This document shows positions 1 through 9,840 of a DNA stretch of 49,298 bases, one piece after another (position 1 is the first letter of the stretch; each line of letters opens with the position of its first letter). Origin of the DNA: Escherichia phage BrunoManser; sequence record MZ501053. The stretch is one strand, 5' to 3'. A program made the translations under genes and the position numbers. Below the pieces are notes generated by a model. It ran no database searches and was not told the origin of the DNA. It saw only the letters and a list, made by a program, of their open reading frames with translations.

Positions 1-540
1 ATGTTAAACAGCGAGGACGAATCTATGAAACAGGAAAAAGCGCCCGTCGTTCAGGGTGGCAACTTTAAAGAGCTATACCGGAAAGAGTTCGGAACCGTGT
101 TAGGCAAAACGCGACAGACCACGCCGAAGCAGTTGTTTGATCTGGCGGTTAAGTATTTCGAATGGGCGGAAGACAACGCAATCAAAGCGGCTGAGACTGC
201 CAGTTTTCAGGGCGATGTAGAAGAGTCGTTAGTGCATAAGCCGCGAGTGTTTACCGTTACCGGGTTTAAGCTTTTCTGCAGCCTGAGCGACGGCACTATC
301 GCGCGATACCGATCCGAACCGGACTATGCCGAAGTTATGGAATTCGTCGATTCCGTTATCAATGAACAGAAATTCCAGCTTGCGGCAAACGGCATCATTA
401 ACGCTTCGTTTATCGGCAAGGACTTAGGCATCGACAAGCCAGCGTCGATTAACATCGACAACACGTCGAGCGCGGCGGCTGTTGCCACCACAGAAGACGC
501 GATGAAGGACGCGGTAAACAGCGTTCTTGATATGCTCTAA
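1..540 (+). CDS. putative terminase small subunit
   Basis: 179-aa ORF directly upstream of the large terminase gene; positional call, no diagnostic motif. ORF starts at window base 1, so its RBS/upstream region is not visible. Confidence 0.4.
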   Translation: MLNSEDESMKQEKAPVVQGGNFKELYRKEFGTVLGKTRQTTPKQLFDLAVKYFEWAEDNAIKAAETASFQGDVEESLVHKPRVFTVTGFKLFCSLSDGTIARYRSEPDYAEVMEFVDSVINEQKFQLAANGIINASFIGKDLGIDKPASINIDNTSSAAAVATTEDAMKDAVNSVLDML

Positions 541-581
541 CAGTTAACCGGGCGGCTAGTCCGCCCTATAGGATCACGATA

Positions 582-2153
582 ATGTTAATTTGGGAAGAAC
601 TGGACGCAACACAAAAGCTTGCGATCAAGAAAATGTCGGAAGCCAGCTTCGAAAAGATGATTCGGATCTGGTTCCAGTTGATACAGGCACAGAAATTTTT
701 ACCTAACTGGCATCACCTTTACTTGTGCCACGAAGTCGAAGAGATTATCGCCGGGCGACGCGGTAACACGATCTTTAACGTGACTCCGGGTTCGGGGAAA
801 ACGGAAGTCTTTTCGATCCACTTGCCAGTTTATGCAATGCTGAAGCTGAAGAAGGTCAGAAACTTGAACGTGTCATTCGCCGACAGCCTTGTAAAGCGTA
901 ACAGTAAGCGCGTCCGCGAAATCATTTCTTCGCCGGAATTCCAAGAGCTATGGCCTTGCGCGTTCGGCACGTCGAAAGATGAAGAAATGCAGGTGCTAAA
1001 CAATGCGGGAAAGGTCTGGTTTGAGCTTATTTCAGCGGCGGCGGGCGGTCGCATTACTGGTTCGCGTGGCGGCTATATGGTTCCGGGCTTTTCAGGTATG
1101 GTAATGCTGGATGATATCGACAAGCCGGACGATATGTTTTCGAAGGTCAAACGAGAGCGTACACATACGCTTTTAAAGAACACAATCCGAAGCCGACGAA
1201 TGCACAACGAAACTCCGATTATCGCCATACAACAGCGCTTACACGCGCAGGATTCTACGTGGTTCATGATGAACGGCGGCATGGGGATAGACTTCGATCA
1301 GATTTCAATCCCGGCGCTAGTAACTGAGGAATACGGGAAATCACTTCCTGAATGGTTGCAACCGCACTTCGAAAAGGATGTGCTTTCGTCTGAATACGTG
1401 CTAATCGACGGAGTGAAGCATTATAGCTTTTGGCCTGAGAAAGAAACCGTTCACGACTTAATGGCGCTACGCGAGGCTGACCAATACACCTTTGATTCAC
1501 AGTATCAGCAGCGCCCGATCGCGCTAGGTGGTGCAGTGTTTAATTCCGAATGGTGGACGTACTACGGCAACAGTTTAGAAGCCGACGAACCAGATCCGGG
1601 TAAATTCGACTACCGCTTCATTACCGCCGATACCGCGCAGAAAACAGGCGAGCTAAACGACTACACTGTCTTCTGTTTGTGGGGTAAGAAAAACGATAAG
1701 GTGTATTTCATCGACGGCGTTCGCGGCAAGTGGAAAGCTCCGGAAATGGAAACGCAGTTTAAAGCGTTCGTTAACGCGGCGTGGAGGCATAATAAATCAA
1801 TGGGGGTACTGAGAAAGATTTACGTCGAAGATAAGGCAAGCGGTACGGGCTTGATCCAGAACTTAGAGAAGAAAACGCCTGTTGCTATCACGCCGTTGCA
1901 GCGTAACAAAGATAAAGTTACTCGCGCGATGGATGCGCAGCCAGTAATCAAAGCTGGGCGTGTGGTGCTACCGGAAGAACACCCTATGCTGTCCGAAATA
2001 ATCGCCGAGCATAGCGCGTTCACATACGACGATACGCACCCGCACGACGATATTGTCGATAACTTCATGGACGCGGCGAACATCGAACTTCTGACAATCG
2101 ACGATCCTGTCGAGCGAATGAAGCGTTTAGCCGGAATGGTAAAGCGTAAATAA
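582..2153 (+). CDS. terminase large subunit
   Basis: 523 aa; N-terminal P-loop-like VTPGSGKTE, acidic MLDDIDKPDD Walker-B-like segment, C-terminal nuclease-like region; precedes the portal gene. Confidence 0.8.
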   Translation: MLIWEELDATQKLAIKKMSEASFEKMIRIWFQLIQAQKFLPNWHHLYLCHEVEEIIAGRRGNTIFNVTPGSGKTEVFSIHLPVYAMLKLKKVRNLNVSFADSLVKRNSKRVREIISSPEFQELWPCAFGTSKDEEMQVLNNAGKVWFELISAAAGGRITGSRGGYMVPGFSGMVMLDDIDKPDDMFSKVKRERTHTLLKNTIRSRRMHNETPIIAIQQRLHAQDSTWFMMNGGMGIDFDQISIPALVTEEYGKSLPEWLQPHFEKDVLSSEYVLIDGVKHYSFWPEKETVHDLMALREADQYTFDSQYQQRPIALGGAVFNSEWWTYYGNSLEADEPDPGKFDYRFITADTAQKTGELNDYTVFCLWGKKNDKVYFIDGVRGKWKAPEMETQFKAFVNAAWRHNKSMGVLRKIYVEDKASGTGLIQNLEKKTPVAITPLQRNKDKVTRAMDAQPVIKAGRVVLPEEHPMLSEIIAEHSAFTYDDTHPHDDIVDNFMDAANIELLTIDDPVERMKRLAGMVKRK

Positions 2154-2166
2154 AGCGGGTATAATT

Positions 2167-2193
2167 AAGGCTGGAATTTTCCAGCCTTTTTTA
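2167..2193 (+). terminator. intrinsic terminator after terminase large subunit
   Basis: GGCTGGAATTTTCCAGCC hairpin followed by TTTTTT. Confidence 0.6.
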
Positions 2194-2209
2194 TTGGAGG
2201 AAAGACAGA

Positions 2210-3526
2210 ATGAAAATTGTAAAGCACGATGGGTATAACGAGATTTTCAACAACGGAGGCGACAACGCGCCGAAGCCGTTTTACGTCACCGGGGAGCAGT
2301 CTTACGGGTTGGGGTGGATGTACGAAAACAACGGGCTAGCGCGACGCATTATCGACGTTGTTCCAGAAGAAATGGTATCGCCCGGCTTTAAAGTATCAGG
2401 CGTGAAGGATGAAGCGGCGTTCCGGTCAGTGTGGGATGATCTGGAAATCGAAGGGCTAATCGTTGACGCGTTAGCGTGGCGTCGTCTGTATGGCGGTTCC
2501 GGTATCGTGGCGATTATCAACGACGGGCGCAAGCTTACTTCGCCAGCGAAAGAAGGAGGCGTACTGGAAGGGATCAGGGTTTACGATCGCGATCAGATTG
2601 CTATCGCGAAGAAGGAAACAAACGCGCGGAACGTCCGTTACGGCGAACCTGTCCTTTACGAAATTAGTCCGGGCGATGGTCTTACGCCGTATCAGGTTCA
2701 CTACACGCGAATCAAGATCCTAGACGGTGAACGACTCCCGCCACAACAGCGCAAGCGTAATAACGGATGGGGAGCACCATTCCTTAATAAGTCACTGATT
2801 GAAGCGATTTACGATTACGAATATTGCGAAGAACTAGCAACGCAACTTCTACGTCGTAAGCAACAGGCAGTATGGAAGGTAAAAGGGCTGGCGGAAATGT
2901 GCGACGACGACGACGCAGCTTACGCGGCGCGTTTGCGATTGGCACAGGTGGATGATAATTCCGGCGTAGGTAAGGCGATCGGCATTGACGCGAACGACGA
3001 AGAATACGAAGTGTTGAATTCTGACGTTAACGGCGTTTCTGAATTCCTGCAAAATAAGTTCGATCGTATTGTGTCGCTGTCCGGCATTCATGAAATCATC
3101 TTGAAAAACAAGAACGTCGGCGGAGTTAGTGCAAGCCAGAACACGGCGCTAGAAACGTTTTACAAGCTGATTGACCGACAGCGCGAAGAACATTACCGCC
3201 CGATCTTAGAATTCCTTTTGCCGTTCGTAATCCACGAAACGGAATGGTCTGTCGAGTTCGAGCCGCTTTCCATGCCTTCAGAGAAGGAAGCGTCCGAGAC
3301 TACGAAGAATCACGTTGAGTCTATCCGTGGCGCACTGGAAGATCAGATGATTGATTTAGAAGAAGCCCGCGACACGTTGCAATCTATCGCGCCGATGTTT
3401 AAGCTTAAAGACCTGAATCACGCGGAACTGAAGAAGCGCACCGAAGAGCAACAGAAAGTTGAAAAGGAACCGGGAGTCGGCGAGGTAATCAACGAGAACG
3501 AGGAAAACGGAAACGATGAAGATTAA
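2210..3526 (+). CDS. portal protein
   Basis: 438 aa, directly after terminase, strong RBS (GGAGGAAAG), acidic C-terminal tail; size and position typical of siphovirus portal. Confidence 0.6.
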   Translation: MKIVKHDGYNEIFNNGGDNAPKPFYVTGEQSYGLGWMYENNGLARRIIDVVPEEMVSPGFKVSGVKDEAAFRSVWDDLEIEGLIVDALAWRRLYGGSGIVAIINDGRKLTSPAKEGGVLEGIRVYDRDQIAIAKKETNARNVRYGEPVLYEISPGDGLTPYQVHYTRIKILDGERLPPQQRKRNNGWGAPFLNKSLIEAIYDYEYCEELATQLLRRKQQAVWKVKGLAEMCDDDDAAYAARLRLAQVDDNSGVGKAIGIDANDEEYEVLNSDVNGVSEFLQNKFDRIVSLSGIHEIILKNKNVGGVSASQNTALETFYKLIDRQREEHYRPILEFLLPFVIHETEWSVEFEPLSMPSEKEASETTKNHVESIRGALEDQMIDLEEARDTLQSIAPMFKLKDLNHAELKKRTEEQQKVEKEPGVGEVINENEENGNDED

Positions 3527-4280
3527 CGGAATCGCTAAAACGTGGCGCTTTCCTGAATCCAGCGAGCGACAATTAAGTCGCTCTATGGAACAATTTACGG
3601 GCGCGATTGTCGCCCGTATGCAGGAGAGTTTAAAGCCCATGAAATGGGATGCGGACGAAAGTCAGATCGAGCAGGTAGAGCGAAGCTTGCTTGACTACGC
3701 CGAAGATTTGTTGCAATCAATGTTCGCGGCACTTCCGGCGCTGGCGTTCACGATCTATAAGTTCAACGCTAAACAGTGGATTAAGATCGCAAAGAGTGCG
3801 GGAGGTTCGAAAAATCAGGCTGTTATGTTGCTTGTCCTGATTGGTGCTAATATTGGCGAAAGCTGGTACGCGCCACAGTACGATCTATGGGAAGCGCAGA
3901 CGAAAACATCATTACGAAAATTCGCGGCGAACATGATTACCGACTTCACCGGGAAGCTACGCGACGCGGCGGCGAATGGCTACGAAGCCGAGCGGGTTTA
4001 TGAAGAAACCAATCAGCGTTACAAGGTTTACTCTTCGTGGGCGCGTAACAGGGCATCCGGGATCGTGACTACATGGAACAGCCGAATGATGCGTCAACGC
4101 CTGAAGGATGCGCAAGTTACCCACTACTTCTGGCGCGGAATGATGGATTTACGCGAACGTGAAAAGCACGTAAAATGGGAGGGTAAGCGCATTCCGGTAA
4201 ACAGCAATCACATATTCCCCGGCGAGGAATACGGTTGCCGTTGCTGGGTTGTTCCAGATTTCAATCAGATAGGAGATTAA
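3516..4280 (+). CDS. head morphogenesis protein (Mu F / SPP1 gp7-like)
   Basis: 254 aa, overlaps portal stop; C-terminal segment KWEGKRIPVNSNHIFPGEEYGCRCW resembles the conserved motif of phage minor head/morphogenesis proteins. Confidence 0.55.
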   Translation: MKINGIAKTWRFPESSERQLSRSMEQFTGAIVARMQESLKPMKWDADESQIEQVERSLLDYAEDLLQSMFAALPALAFTIYKFNAKQWIKIAKSAGGSKNQAVMLLVLIGANIGESWYAPQYDLWEAQTKTSLRKFAANMITDFTGKLRDAAANGYEAERVYEETNQRYKVYSSWARNRASGIVTTWNSRMMRQRLKDAQVTHYFWRGMMDLREREKHVKWEGKRIPVNSNHIFPGEEYGCRCWVVPDFNQIGD

Positions 4281-4283
4281 TTA

Positions 4284-5390
4284 ATGGCAAAGCAAAGATT
4301 CGATAGCGTCAAGATCAAAGCCCACTTTGACGAACACGGCTTTTTAGTCGATCGCCCGGTTGTCGCCCGTATCGGCGCACAGACTTATAAAACACCATTC
4401 GGCGATCGCGTGGAATTCCGCCCGGCTTCCGAAGTGTTCGATCCTGAATCGCTGGCAACTTACGCGGGCAAGCCCGTAACAGTCGGTCACGTAACCGTAA
4501 CGCCTGAGAACGCGGAAAAGGTTGTCGTAGGTTCATGCGCTGGCGACGGTATCCCGAACGGCGTCGGCGTCGAAGTGCCTATGTCGATTTACAGCCAACG
4601 CGCGATCGAGAAGGCGAGGCGCAAAATGGCGGCGGAATTGTCTGTCGGGTACACGTCCGAAGATATCGAAAAACCGGGCTGGGGTTCGAACGAAACGGGC
4701 GAATACATCTTCGAAGAGGATATGAAAGAAAACGAAGTGATCCCGAAAGGCTGGGTTAAGTTCGACGCCGTACAGACAAAAATCCGCGTAAATCATGTTG
4801 CTATGGTATTCAAAGGTCGCGCAGGTATCGCTAAATTAAACCTTGATAGCGAACAAGAATTCCCGTATGATTACGACGTTAATTCAAACAAAGAGGATCA
4901 CGTAATGAAGAAAATTAAAATCGACTCCGTAGAAGTGGAAGTGCCGGAAAGTGTAGCGGCGCACATCGAAAAGCTTAACGGTGAAGTGGCAACTATTCAG
5001 GGCAAGGCCGACGGTCTGGAAGCGGAACGCGATTTACTGAAAACTAAAGTAGACGGCATTCCGGCGCTGATTACTGAAGCAGTAGAAAAGCACAAGGCCG
5101 ACGCCGCCGAACTTACCGCGCTGATTGCTACAGCTTCCGAAGCTGGCGTGAAGTGCGACGGTCTGGACGCTAAAGCGATCAAAGTTGCTTTCCTGAAAGC
5201 TGTTACCGGGAAGGACGTTTCCGCGAAATCTGACGCTTACATCGATAACGCCTTCGACTTCGCGAAAGATTGTGATAATATGGCGTCACAGCGTCAAAGC
5301 ATCAAAGGCGACGCAGCAAACGAACCAGGCAAGAAAGAAGACGAAGACGAAGTGACTCCGAATTCCCGCCTGAATAAACTTAACAAGTAA
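4284..5390 (+). CDS. putative scaffolding / prohead-associated protein (DUF2213-like)
   Basis: 368 aa; N-terminus MAKQRFDSVKIKAHFDEHGFLVDRP..., coiled-coil-like acidic C-terminal half; located between morphogenesis and capsid genes. Confidence 0.4.
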   Translation: MAKQRFDSVKIKAHFDEHGFLVDRPVVARIGAQTYKTPFGDRVEFRPASEVFDPESLATYAGKPVTVGHVTVTPENAEKVVVGSCAGDGIPNGVGVEVPMSIYSQRAIEKARRKMAAELSVGYTSEDIEKPGWGSNETGEYIFEEDMKENEVIPKGWVKFDAVQTKIRVNHVAMVFKGRAGIAKLNLDSEQEFPYDYDVNSNKEDHVMKKIKIDSVEVEVPESVAAHIEKLNGEVATIQGKADGLEAERDLLKTKVDGIPALITEAVEKHKADAAELTALIATASEAGVKCDGLDAKAIKVAFLKAVTGKDVSAKSDAYIDNAFDFAKDCDNMASQRQSIKGDAANEPGKKEDEDEVTPNSRLNKLNK

Positions 5391-5403
5391 GGAGATTTAA
5401 ATT

Positions 5404-5880
5404 ATGCCAATTGCAGCAAGCTACCAGAAAGATATGGCGATCGCGCTTCCGGGTATGGTTGCGGACACTTCCCGATATAACATTGACGGCGCGTGTGTCC
5501 TGAATGGTGACGTTGATATCCTTGTCGGCGTAGCGGTTCAAATCGACAGCGTTCAAGCGGTTGACGGTCACAAAGTCATGAAACCTATGGCGTCCGGCGG
5601 CGTTCCTTACGGTATCGCTATTCGTTCCCACTTCCAGACTAAAGGCAAAAACGGCCAGATGTATTACGAAGCTGGCGGCGGTCTTAACGTTATGACTTCC
5701 GGTCGCGTTTGGGTTATCTCTAAAGACTCCACCGCCCCGGCGTTCGGTACTCCTGTCAAGTTCGACGTTGACGGACAGCAGAAAGCAGACGGCGCGATCG
5801 AAACTACGTGGACTTACGCGGGCGGATTCACCACTTATCAAGATCTGAAGCTGGTAGAAATTCAGTTGATGCAACTGTAA
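5404..5880 (+). CDS. head protein paralog A (putative decoration/structural protein)
   Basis: 158 aa; shares DTSxYNIDGACV, VPYGIA and GRVWV blocks with the next ORF; strong RBS; terminator downstream. Confidence 0.45.
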   Translation: MPIAASYQKDMAIALPGMVADTSRYNIDGACVLNGDVDILVGVAVQIDSVQAVDGHKVMKPMASGGVPYGIAIRSHFQTKGKNGQMYYEAGGGLNVMTSGRVWVISKDSTAPAFGTPVKFDVDGQQKADGAIETTWTYAGGFTTYQDLKLVEIQLMQL

Positions 5881-5895
5881 TTAACCGTTAATATG

Positions 5896-5927
5896 GGGGC
5901 TATCCTTTTGGATAGTCCCTTTTTTTA
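5896..5927 (+). terminator. intrinsic terminator (imperfect stem)
   Basis: GGGGGCTATCC-TTTTG-GATAGTCCC followed by T7. Confidence 0.5.
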
Positions 5928-5942
5928 TGGAGGTAATAAAAT

Positions 5943-6725
5943 ATGTCAGATTACGGAAACGTCATTCTAAAAGCTTTTCCCGGCTGTCTTTCCGACACGT
6001 CGGACTATAACATCGATGGCGCTTGTGTTGTTGGCGGGCAGGGTGAAGGCTCAGGTGGAGAACACGTCTTTTCAGGTTGTGCAGTGTGGGTTGAGTCAGT
6101 AGATCCGGGCGGGCATAAAATCGTTCGTCAAAACCTGATTTCTACTCAAAACGTGCCATACGGGATCGCAATGACGCATCACTATGCGCCGCACGAATCG
6201 GCGGACGGTTACGCGATGTATAACGTAGGCGATGTGATTAACGTCGTAACGCATGGTCGCGTGTGGGTTTACGGTAACAATACGGATATTACGCCAACCT
6301 TCGGACAGCGCGTTCGGATTCAGACAAACGGCACTGTCGGCACTTCTGGAGGAACGCTGGTTAACTGGCGATTCACTGGCGGAAAAGTAATCATCAAGCC
6401 TAACGTTGCGATCTTTGAGGTGCAATTAGTTCAGGGTATTAACGCGTTTTTGGTTGTGCATGGTGGCGACATGGTAATTAACCCGAATTCAATCGAAGCG
6501 GGGGCAACCGTTCAGGCAAGATTAATCGCTATCACTCCAGCCGCACCGGATCGAACTGGCAAATTCTCTTCGGAAGACGAAGGCGTCGCGACGGTAGATC
6601 AGGATACAGGCTTAATCACTGGCGTAGCGGCTGGAACGACTAACATCGTGTGGACAGCTAACGATTCCGGCAAGTACACGATCACGCGCCCGATTACCGT
6701 CACGGAAGCGCCGCCCGCACCATAA
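5943..6725 (+). CDS. head protein paralog B with C-terminal Ig-like (Big_2-like) domain
   Basis: 260 aa; N-terminal 130 aa paralogous to 5404-5880; C-terminal ~80 aa (GVATVDQDTGLITGVAAGTTNIVWTANDSGKYTITRPITV) resembles bacterial Ig-like domains common on capsid decoration proteins. Confidence 0.45.
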   Translation: MSDYGNVILKAFPGCLSDTSDYNIDGACVVGGQGEGSGGEHVFSGCAVWVESVDPGGHKIVRQNLISTQNVPYGIAMTHHYAPHESADGYAMYNVGDVINVVTHGRVWVYGNNTDITPTFGQRVRIQTNGTVGTSGGTLVNWRFTGGKVIIKPNVAIFEVQLVQGINAFLVVHGGDMVINPNSIEAGATVQARLIAITPAAPDRTGKFSSEDEGVATVDQDTGLITGVAAGTTNIVWTANDSGKYTITRPITVTEAPPAP

Positions 6726-6746
6726 CATAAAAACAGTTTGACGCTT

Positions 6747-6761
6747 TAACAAAAAGTGCTA
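6747..6761. promoter_or_regulatory. palindrome TAACA-N5-TGCTA (module family)
   Basis: TTTAACAAAAAGTGCTA in leader of major capsid gene, followed by hairpin. Confidence 0.5.
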
Positions 6762-6764
6762 TCA

Positions 6765-6791
6765 TAAAGCCGTTATCAATTAACGGCTTTT
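6765..6791 (+). terminator. hairpin with short U-tract upstream of major capsid gene
   Basis: AAAGCCGTTA-TCAAT-TAACGGCTTTT. Confidence 0.4.
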
Positions 6792-6814
6792 CACCAATAA
6801 GAGGAAATGAAAAC

Positions 6815-7792
6815 ATGGCTAAAAAATATGATGAATTCGAAGCTTCCGTCGTTGCTAATCACCTGCAAATGCGCGGCACTAAAGCGGACGCCGACACGTT
6901 AGGTATTTGGACGGCGCAAGAACTTAATAAGCTGAAGTCGCAGTCTTACGAAAAGGATTACCCGGCTGGCTCCGCACTTCGCGTTTTCCCGGTTACGTCT
7001 GACCTTTCCCCGGTTGATAAAACCTTCGAATATCAGACTTTTGATAAAGTCGGTATCGCGCAAATTATCGCCGACTACACTGATGATTTGCCGCTGGTAG
7101 ATGCAATGGCATCAAGCGAATTCGGTAAAGTCTTCCGCCTGGGTAATGCGTATCTGATTTCTATTGACGAAATCAAAGCAGGTCAAGCGACTGGTAAGTC
7201 TCTGTCGAATCGCAAAGCGAACGCGGCACAGCTTGCGCATGATCAGCTTGTCAACCGTCTGGTCTTCAAAGGTTCCGCACCGCACAAAATCGTAAGCGTG
7301 TTCAATCATCCGAACATCACGAAGATTACGTCTAAGGGCTGGACTTCTACCACTGGCGGCGTTACTACTAAACTGCCAGCGAACGCAGAAGAAGAATTGA
7401 CCACAGCAATCGAAACTATCGAAACGCTGACTATGGGCGCACACCGCGCGACTCACATTCTGATTCCGCCGTCTATGCGTAAAGTTCTGACCGTTCGCAT
7501 GACCGACACTACCGAAAGCTATCTAGAATACTTCCAGAAGCAAAACAGTAATATTACCATCGAAGCTATCGCGGAGTTGGAAGATATCGACGGCTCAGGC
7601 ACTAAAGGCGCATTAGTTTACGAATACGATCCGATGAATATGTCTATCGAGATCCCGGAAGCGTTTAACATGCTGCCAGCGCAGCCGAAAGACCTGCATT
7701 TCAAAGTGCCTTGCACTTCTAAATGTACTGGCCTGACAATCTACCGTCCGTTGACGATTGTCCTGATTACCGGGCTTGCAGTTACCGAATAA
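6815..7792 (+). CDS. major capsid protein
   Basis: 325 aa, strong RBS (AAGAGGAAATGA), position after scaffold/decoration genes, followed by a strong hairpin terminator. Confidence 0.6.
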   Translation: MAKKYDEFEASVVANHLQMRGTKADADTLGIWTAQELNKLKSQSYEKDYPAGSALRVFPVTSDLSPVDKTFEYQTFDKVGIAQIIADYTDDLPLVDAMASSEFGKVFRLGNAYLISIDEIKAGQATGKSLSNRKANAAQLAHDQLVNRLVFKGSAPHKIVSVFNHPNITKITSKGWTSTTGGVTTKLPANAEEELTTAIETIETLTMGAHRATHILIPPSMRKVLTVRMTDTTESYLEYFQKQNSNITIEAIAELEDIDGSGTKGALVYEYDPMNMSIEIPEAFNMLPAQPKDLHFKVPCTSKCTGLTIYRPLTIVLITGLAVTE

Positions 7793-7805
7793 TTGCCTTA
7801 ATATA

Positions 7806-7832
7806 GGGACTCATTAATTGAGTCCCTTTTTA
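7806..7832 (+). terminator. intrinsic terminator after major capsid gene
   Basis: GGGACTCA-TTAAT-TGAGTCCC followed by TTTTT. Confidence 0.65.
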
Positions 7833-7851
7833 TTATCAGGAGTAAACAAAA

Positions 7852-8154
7852 ATGGCTAAAGCACCTAAAGCAAAATCTGAAGTAACCGAATCCGGCAAAG
7901 TGGGAATCATCAATACTGGCGTAGCGCTGATTTTCATTGACGGCGAAAAGCTTATGCCGGGCGATGAAATGGAAGTGTCCGCCGAACTTCTGAAGACTTC
8001 AGGCATTGAATATCTGTTCGGGCAAGGCGCGTTAGAAATCAAAGACGACCGCGACGCAACCGACGAAATTCGCGAACGAATGGCGGCACGACGCAAGCAA
8101 GATCCTACCGCTGGCAAGTCACAAAAAGAACTTGAAGACGGCGGCGAATTCTAA
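7852..8154 (+). CDS. hypothetical structural protein
   Basis: 100-aa ORF with RBS (CAGGAG), between two terminator hairpins in the head module. Confidence 0.45.
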   Translation: MAKAPKAKSEVTESGKVGIINTGVALIFIDGEKLMPGDEMEVSAELLKTSGIEYLFGQGALEIKDDRDATDEIRERMAARRKQDPTAGKSQKELEDGGEF

Positions 8155-8162
8155 ACCGAGTC

Positions 8163-8186
8163 CGGGCGCTATATGCGCCCTTTTTC
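8163..8186 (+). terminator. intrinsic terminator
   Basis: GGGCGC-TATAT-GCGCCC followed by TTTTT. Confidence 0.6.
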
Positions 8187-8204
8187 ATATCTGGAGGTAA
8201 CGAA

Positions 8205-8618
8205 ATGTCAGAAGATGAATTGCAAGAAGTCTACGCGATTCTTGTCGCGCTGGCTCCGCCAATGCAGAATATTAACCCGACACAAATCAAAGTTTGGATC
8301 GACCTTGCAAGCGATTACGTTTGCAAATCGAAATTCAAGTCGCGCTATCATAAAGCTGTCGCACTGTATGCGCTTCATTTGATGGTATTGGATGGGGCAA
8401 TGAAGCAGGGAACCGAAAGCGTAGAATCAATGACGCGCCGTGTAACGTCATTTTCCCTGAGCGGTGAATTTTCGCAAACGTTCGGCGATGTATCGAAGAC
8501 GACTTCGAATGATGTTCTTGAACAAACGCCGTGGGGCAAAATGTACCGGGCTTTACTCCGCAAGAGTGGCGGCGGTATGGGTTTAATGACAGGACTTCGT
8601 AGGGGGTGCGGAAGATGA
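8205..8618 (+). CDS. putative head-tail connector/adaptor protein
   Basis: 137 aa, RBS GGAGG, first of four overlapping small neck-region ORFs; positional call. Confidence 0.4.
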   Translation: MSEDELQEVYAILVALAPPMQNINPTQIKVWIDLASDYVCKSKFKSRYHKAVALYALHLMVLDGAMKQGTESVESMTRRVTSFSLSGEFSQTFGDVSKTTSNDVLEQTPWGKMYRALLRKSGGGMGLMTGLRRGCGR

Positions 8619-8992
8619 ACTATGCAGCGTTGCAAAAGTTAGCGAAGGACGGGATCGGCTTTTTTGCTGATCCTATGCTGGGCGGTGGCGAATGTACGTT
8701 GATTCGTGGCGGCTGCGTAACGATGGTTAACGGCGTCGAAGTTGTGCAGCCGGAAGAGGTGTTAACCATTCAGGGAGTTATCCGGGATATTCAGGCGCGT
8801 GACGTTAACGGCGACACTATACGGGCAGACGATAAGCGCGGAATCTTCACCTTTGAAGAATATATCAATAAAGGAAACTGGATCGTGGTTGAAGGCGTGA
8901 AGTATGAAGTTGTAGACCCGCGACCGATCAAACCGTCCGGGACTGTCGTCGCATACCGCCCGATTTTGCGAAGGGTGGCTCTGTATGGCTAA
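8606..8992 (+). CDS. putative head closure / head-tail joining protein
   Basis: 128 aa, overlaps neighbours; positional call. Confidence 0.4.
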   Translation: MRKMNYAALQKLAKDGIGFFADPMLGGGECTLIRGGCVTMVNGVEVVQPEEVLTIQGVIRDIQARDVNGDTIRADDKRGIFTFEEYINKGNWIVVEGVKYEVVDPRPIKPSGTVVAYRPILRRVALYG

Positions 8993-9428
8993 CTATCAGG
9001 TGCGGCAATTTCACGCGTCAATCGACGCGTGGATTAAAGCGGCTAGGAACGGATTAGAAGACACATTGCGAATCTTCATTGAAGAGGTTCACAAGGCGTT
9101 AGTAATGGGTTCTCCGGTCGATACAGGGCGATTTAGGGCTAACTGGCAGATAACTTTTAACGCTCCGCCTATGTACGCTCTAAACCAATATGATAAATCA
9201 GGCGGACAAACGATCGCATACGGGAAGCGTGTAGCCAGCGTGTTCACTCTTCGACGTGGCGCGGCTATAACGTCAATCTATTTTTCTAACATGCTGATTT
9301 ACGCTAATGCGCTGGAGTACGGGCATTCGAAACAAGCCCCGGCTGGCGTCGTTGGCGTGGTGGCAATTCGCCTTCGCTCTTTCATGGCGGACGCGATCAG
9401 ACAATCGAGGGCTAAAAATGCACTATGA
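8985..9428 (+). CDS. putative neck/tail component
   Basis: 147 aa, overlapping start/stop with neighbours; positional call. Confidence 0.4.
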   Translation: MANYQVRQFHASIDAWIKAARNGLEDTLRIFIEEVHKALVMGSPVDTGRFRANWQITFNAPPMYALNQYDKSGGQTIAYGKRVASVFTLRRGAAITSIYFSNMLIYANALEYGHSKQAPAGVVGVVAIRLRSFMADAIRQSRAKNAL

Positions 9429-9828
9429 TCTAGCAGTTGCGGCGCGTAATGAATTAAGCAACTTCATTAATAGCGCCCCGGAATATGTTTTTCCTGTTGC
9501 TTACGAAAGTGTGCCGTTCGATCCTCCCGCTGATGGTTCTACGTGGCTGAAGTTCGACTACAAAGAAGCGGACACAGTATTCGTCGGGTTGTCCCGCAAA
9601 TGCAAATACGCGGTTGGAATGGTTCAGATCTCTATCCACTTCGCGCCGGGTTTGGGAATGGATAAAGTTAGAATGTTAGCGCGTGATATTGCGGAATTTT
9701 TCGAAGATGGTAAAATGCTGATTAACGATTGTTATATCGTAGACGGTGGAAAAGTTCACCCGATACAAAAATCTGTCGGCGGCTGGTCTTATCCCGTCCG
9801 ATTCTATGTTCGTAAAGACAAAAAATAA
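9418..9828 (+). CDS. putative tail completion/terminator protein
   Basis: Start moved to internal ATG (MHYDLAV...) that overlaps the upstream stop; tool ORF 9307-9828 begins further upstream in an overlap. Confidence 0.4.
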   Translation: MHYDLAVAARNELSNFINSAPEYVFPVAYESVPFDPPADGSTWLKFDYKEADTVFVGLSRKCKYAVGMVQISIHFAPGLGMDKVRMLARDIAEFFEDGKMLINDCYIVDGGKVHPIQKSVGGWSYPVRFYVRKDKK

Positions 9829-9840
9829 GGAGTTACAATT

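Noticed and set aside
540-581. Hairpin GGGCGGCTAGTCCGCCC between terminase subunit genes as a terminator
   Set aside because: No U-tract follows and the genes are tightly linked; more likely a translational or pac-related structure, not assignable from sequence.
830-1500. Antisense ORFs inside the terminase gene (830-1054, 1073-1282, 1264-1500, - strand)
   Set aside because: Fully nested in a long, well-supported coding frame on the opposite strand, with no RBS or module; typical frame shadows.
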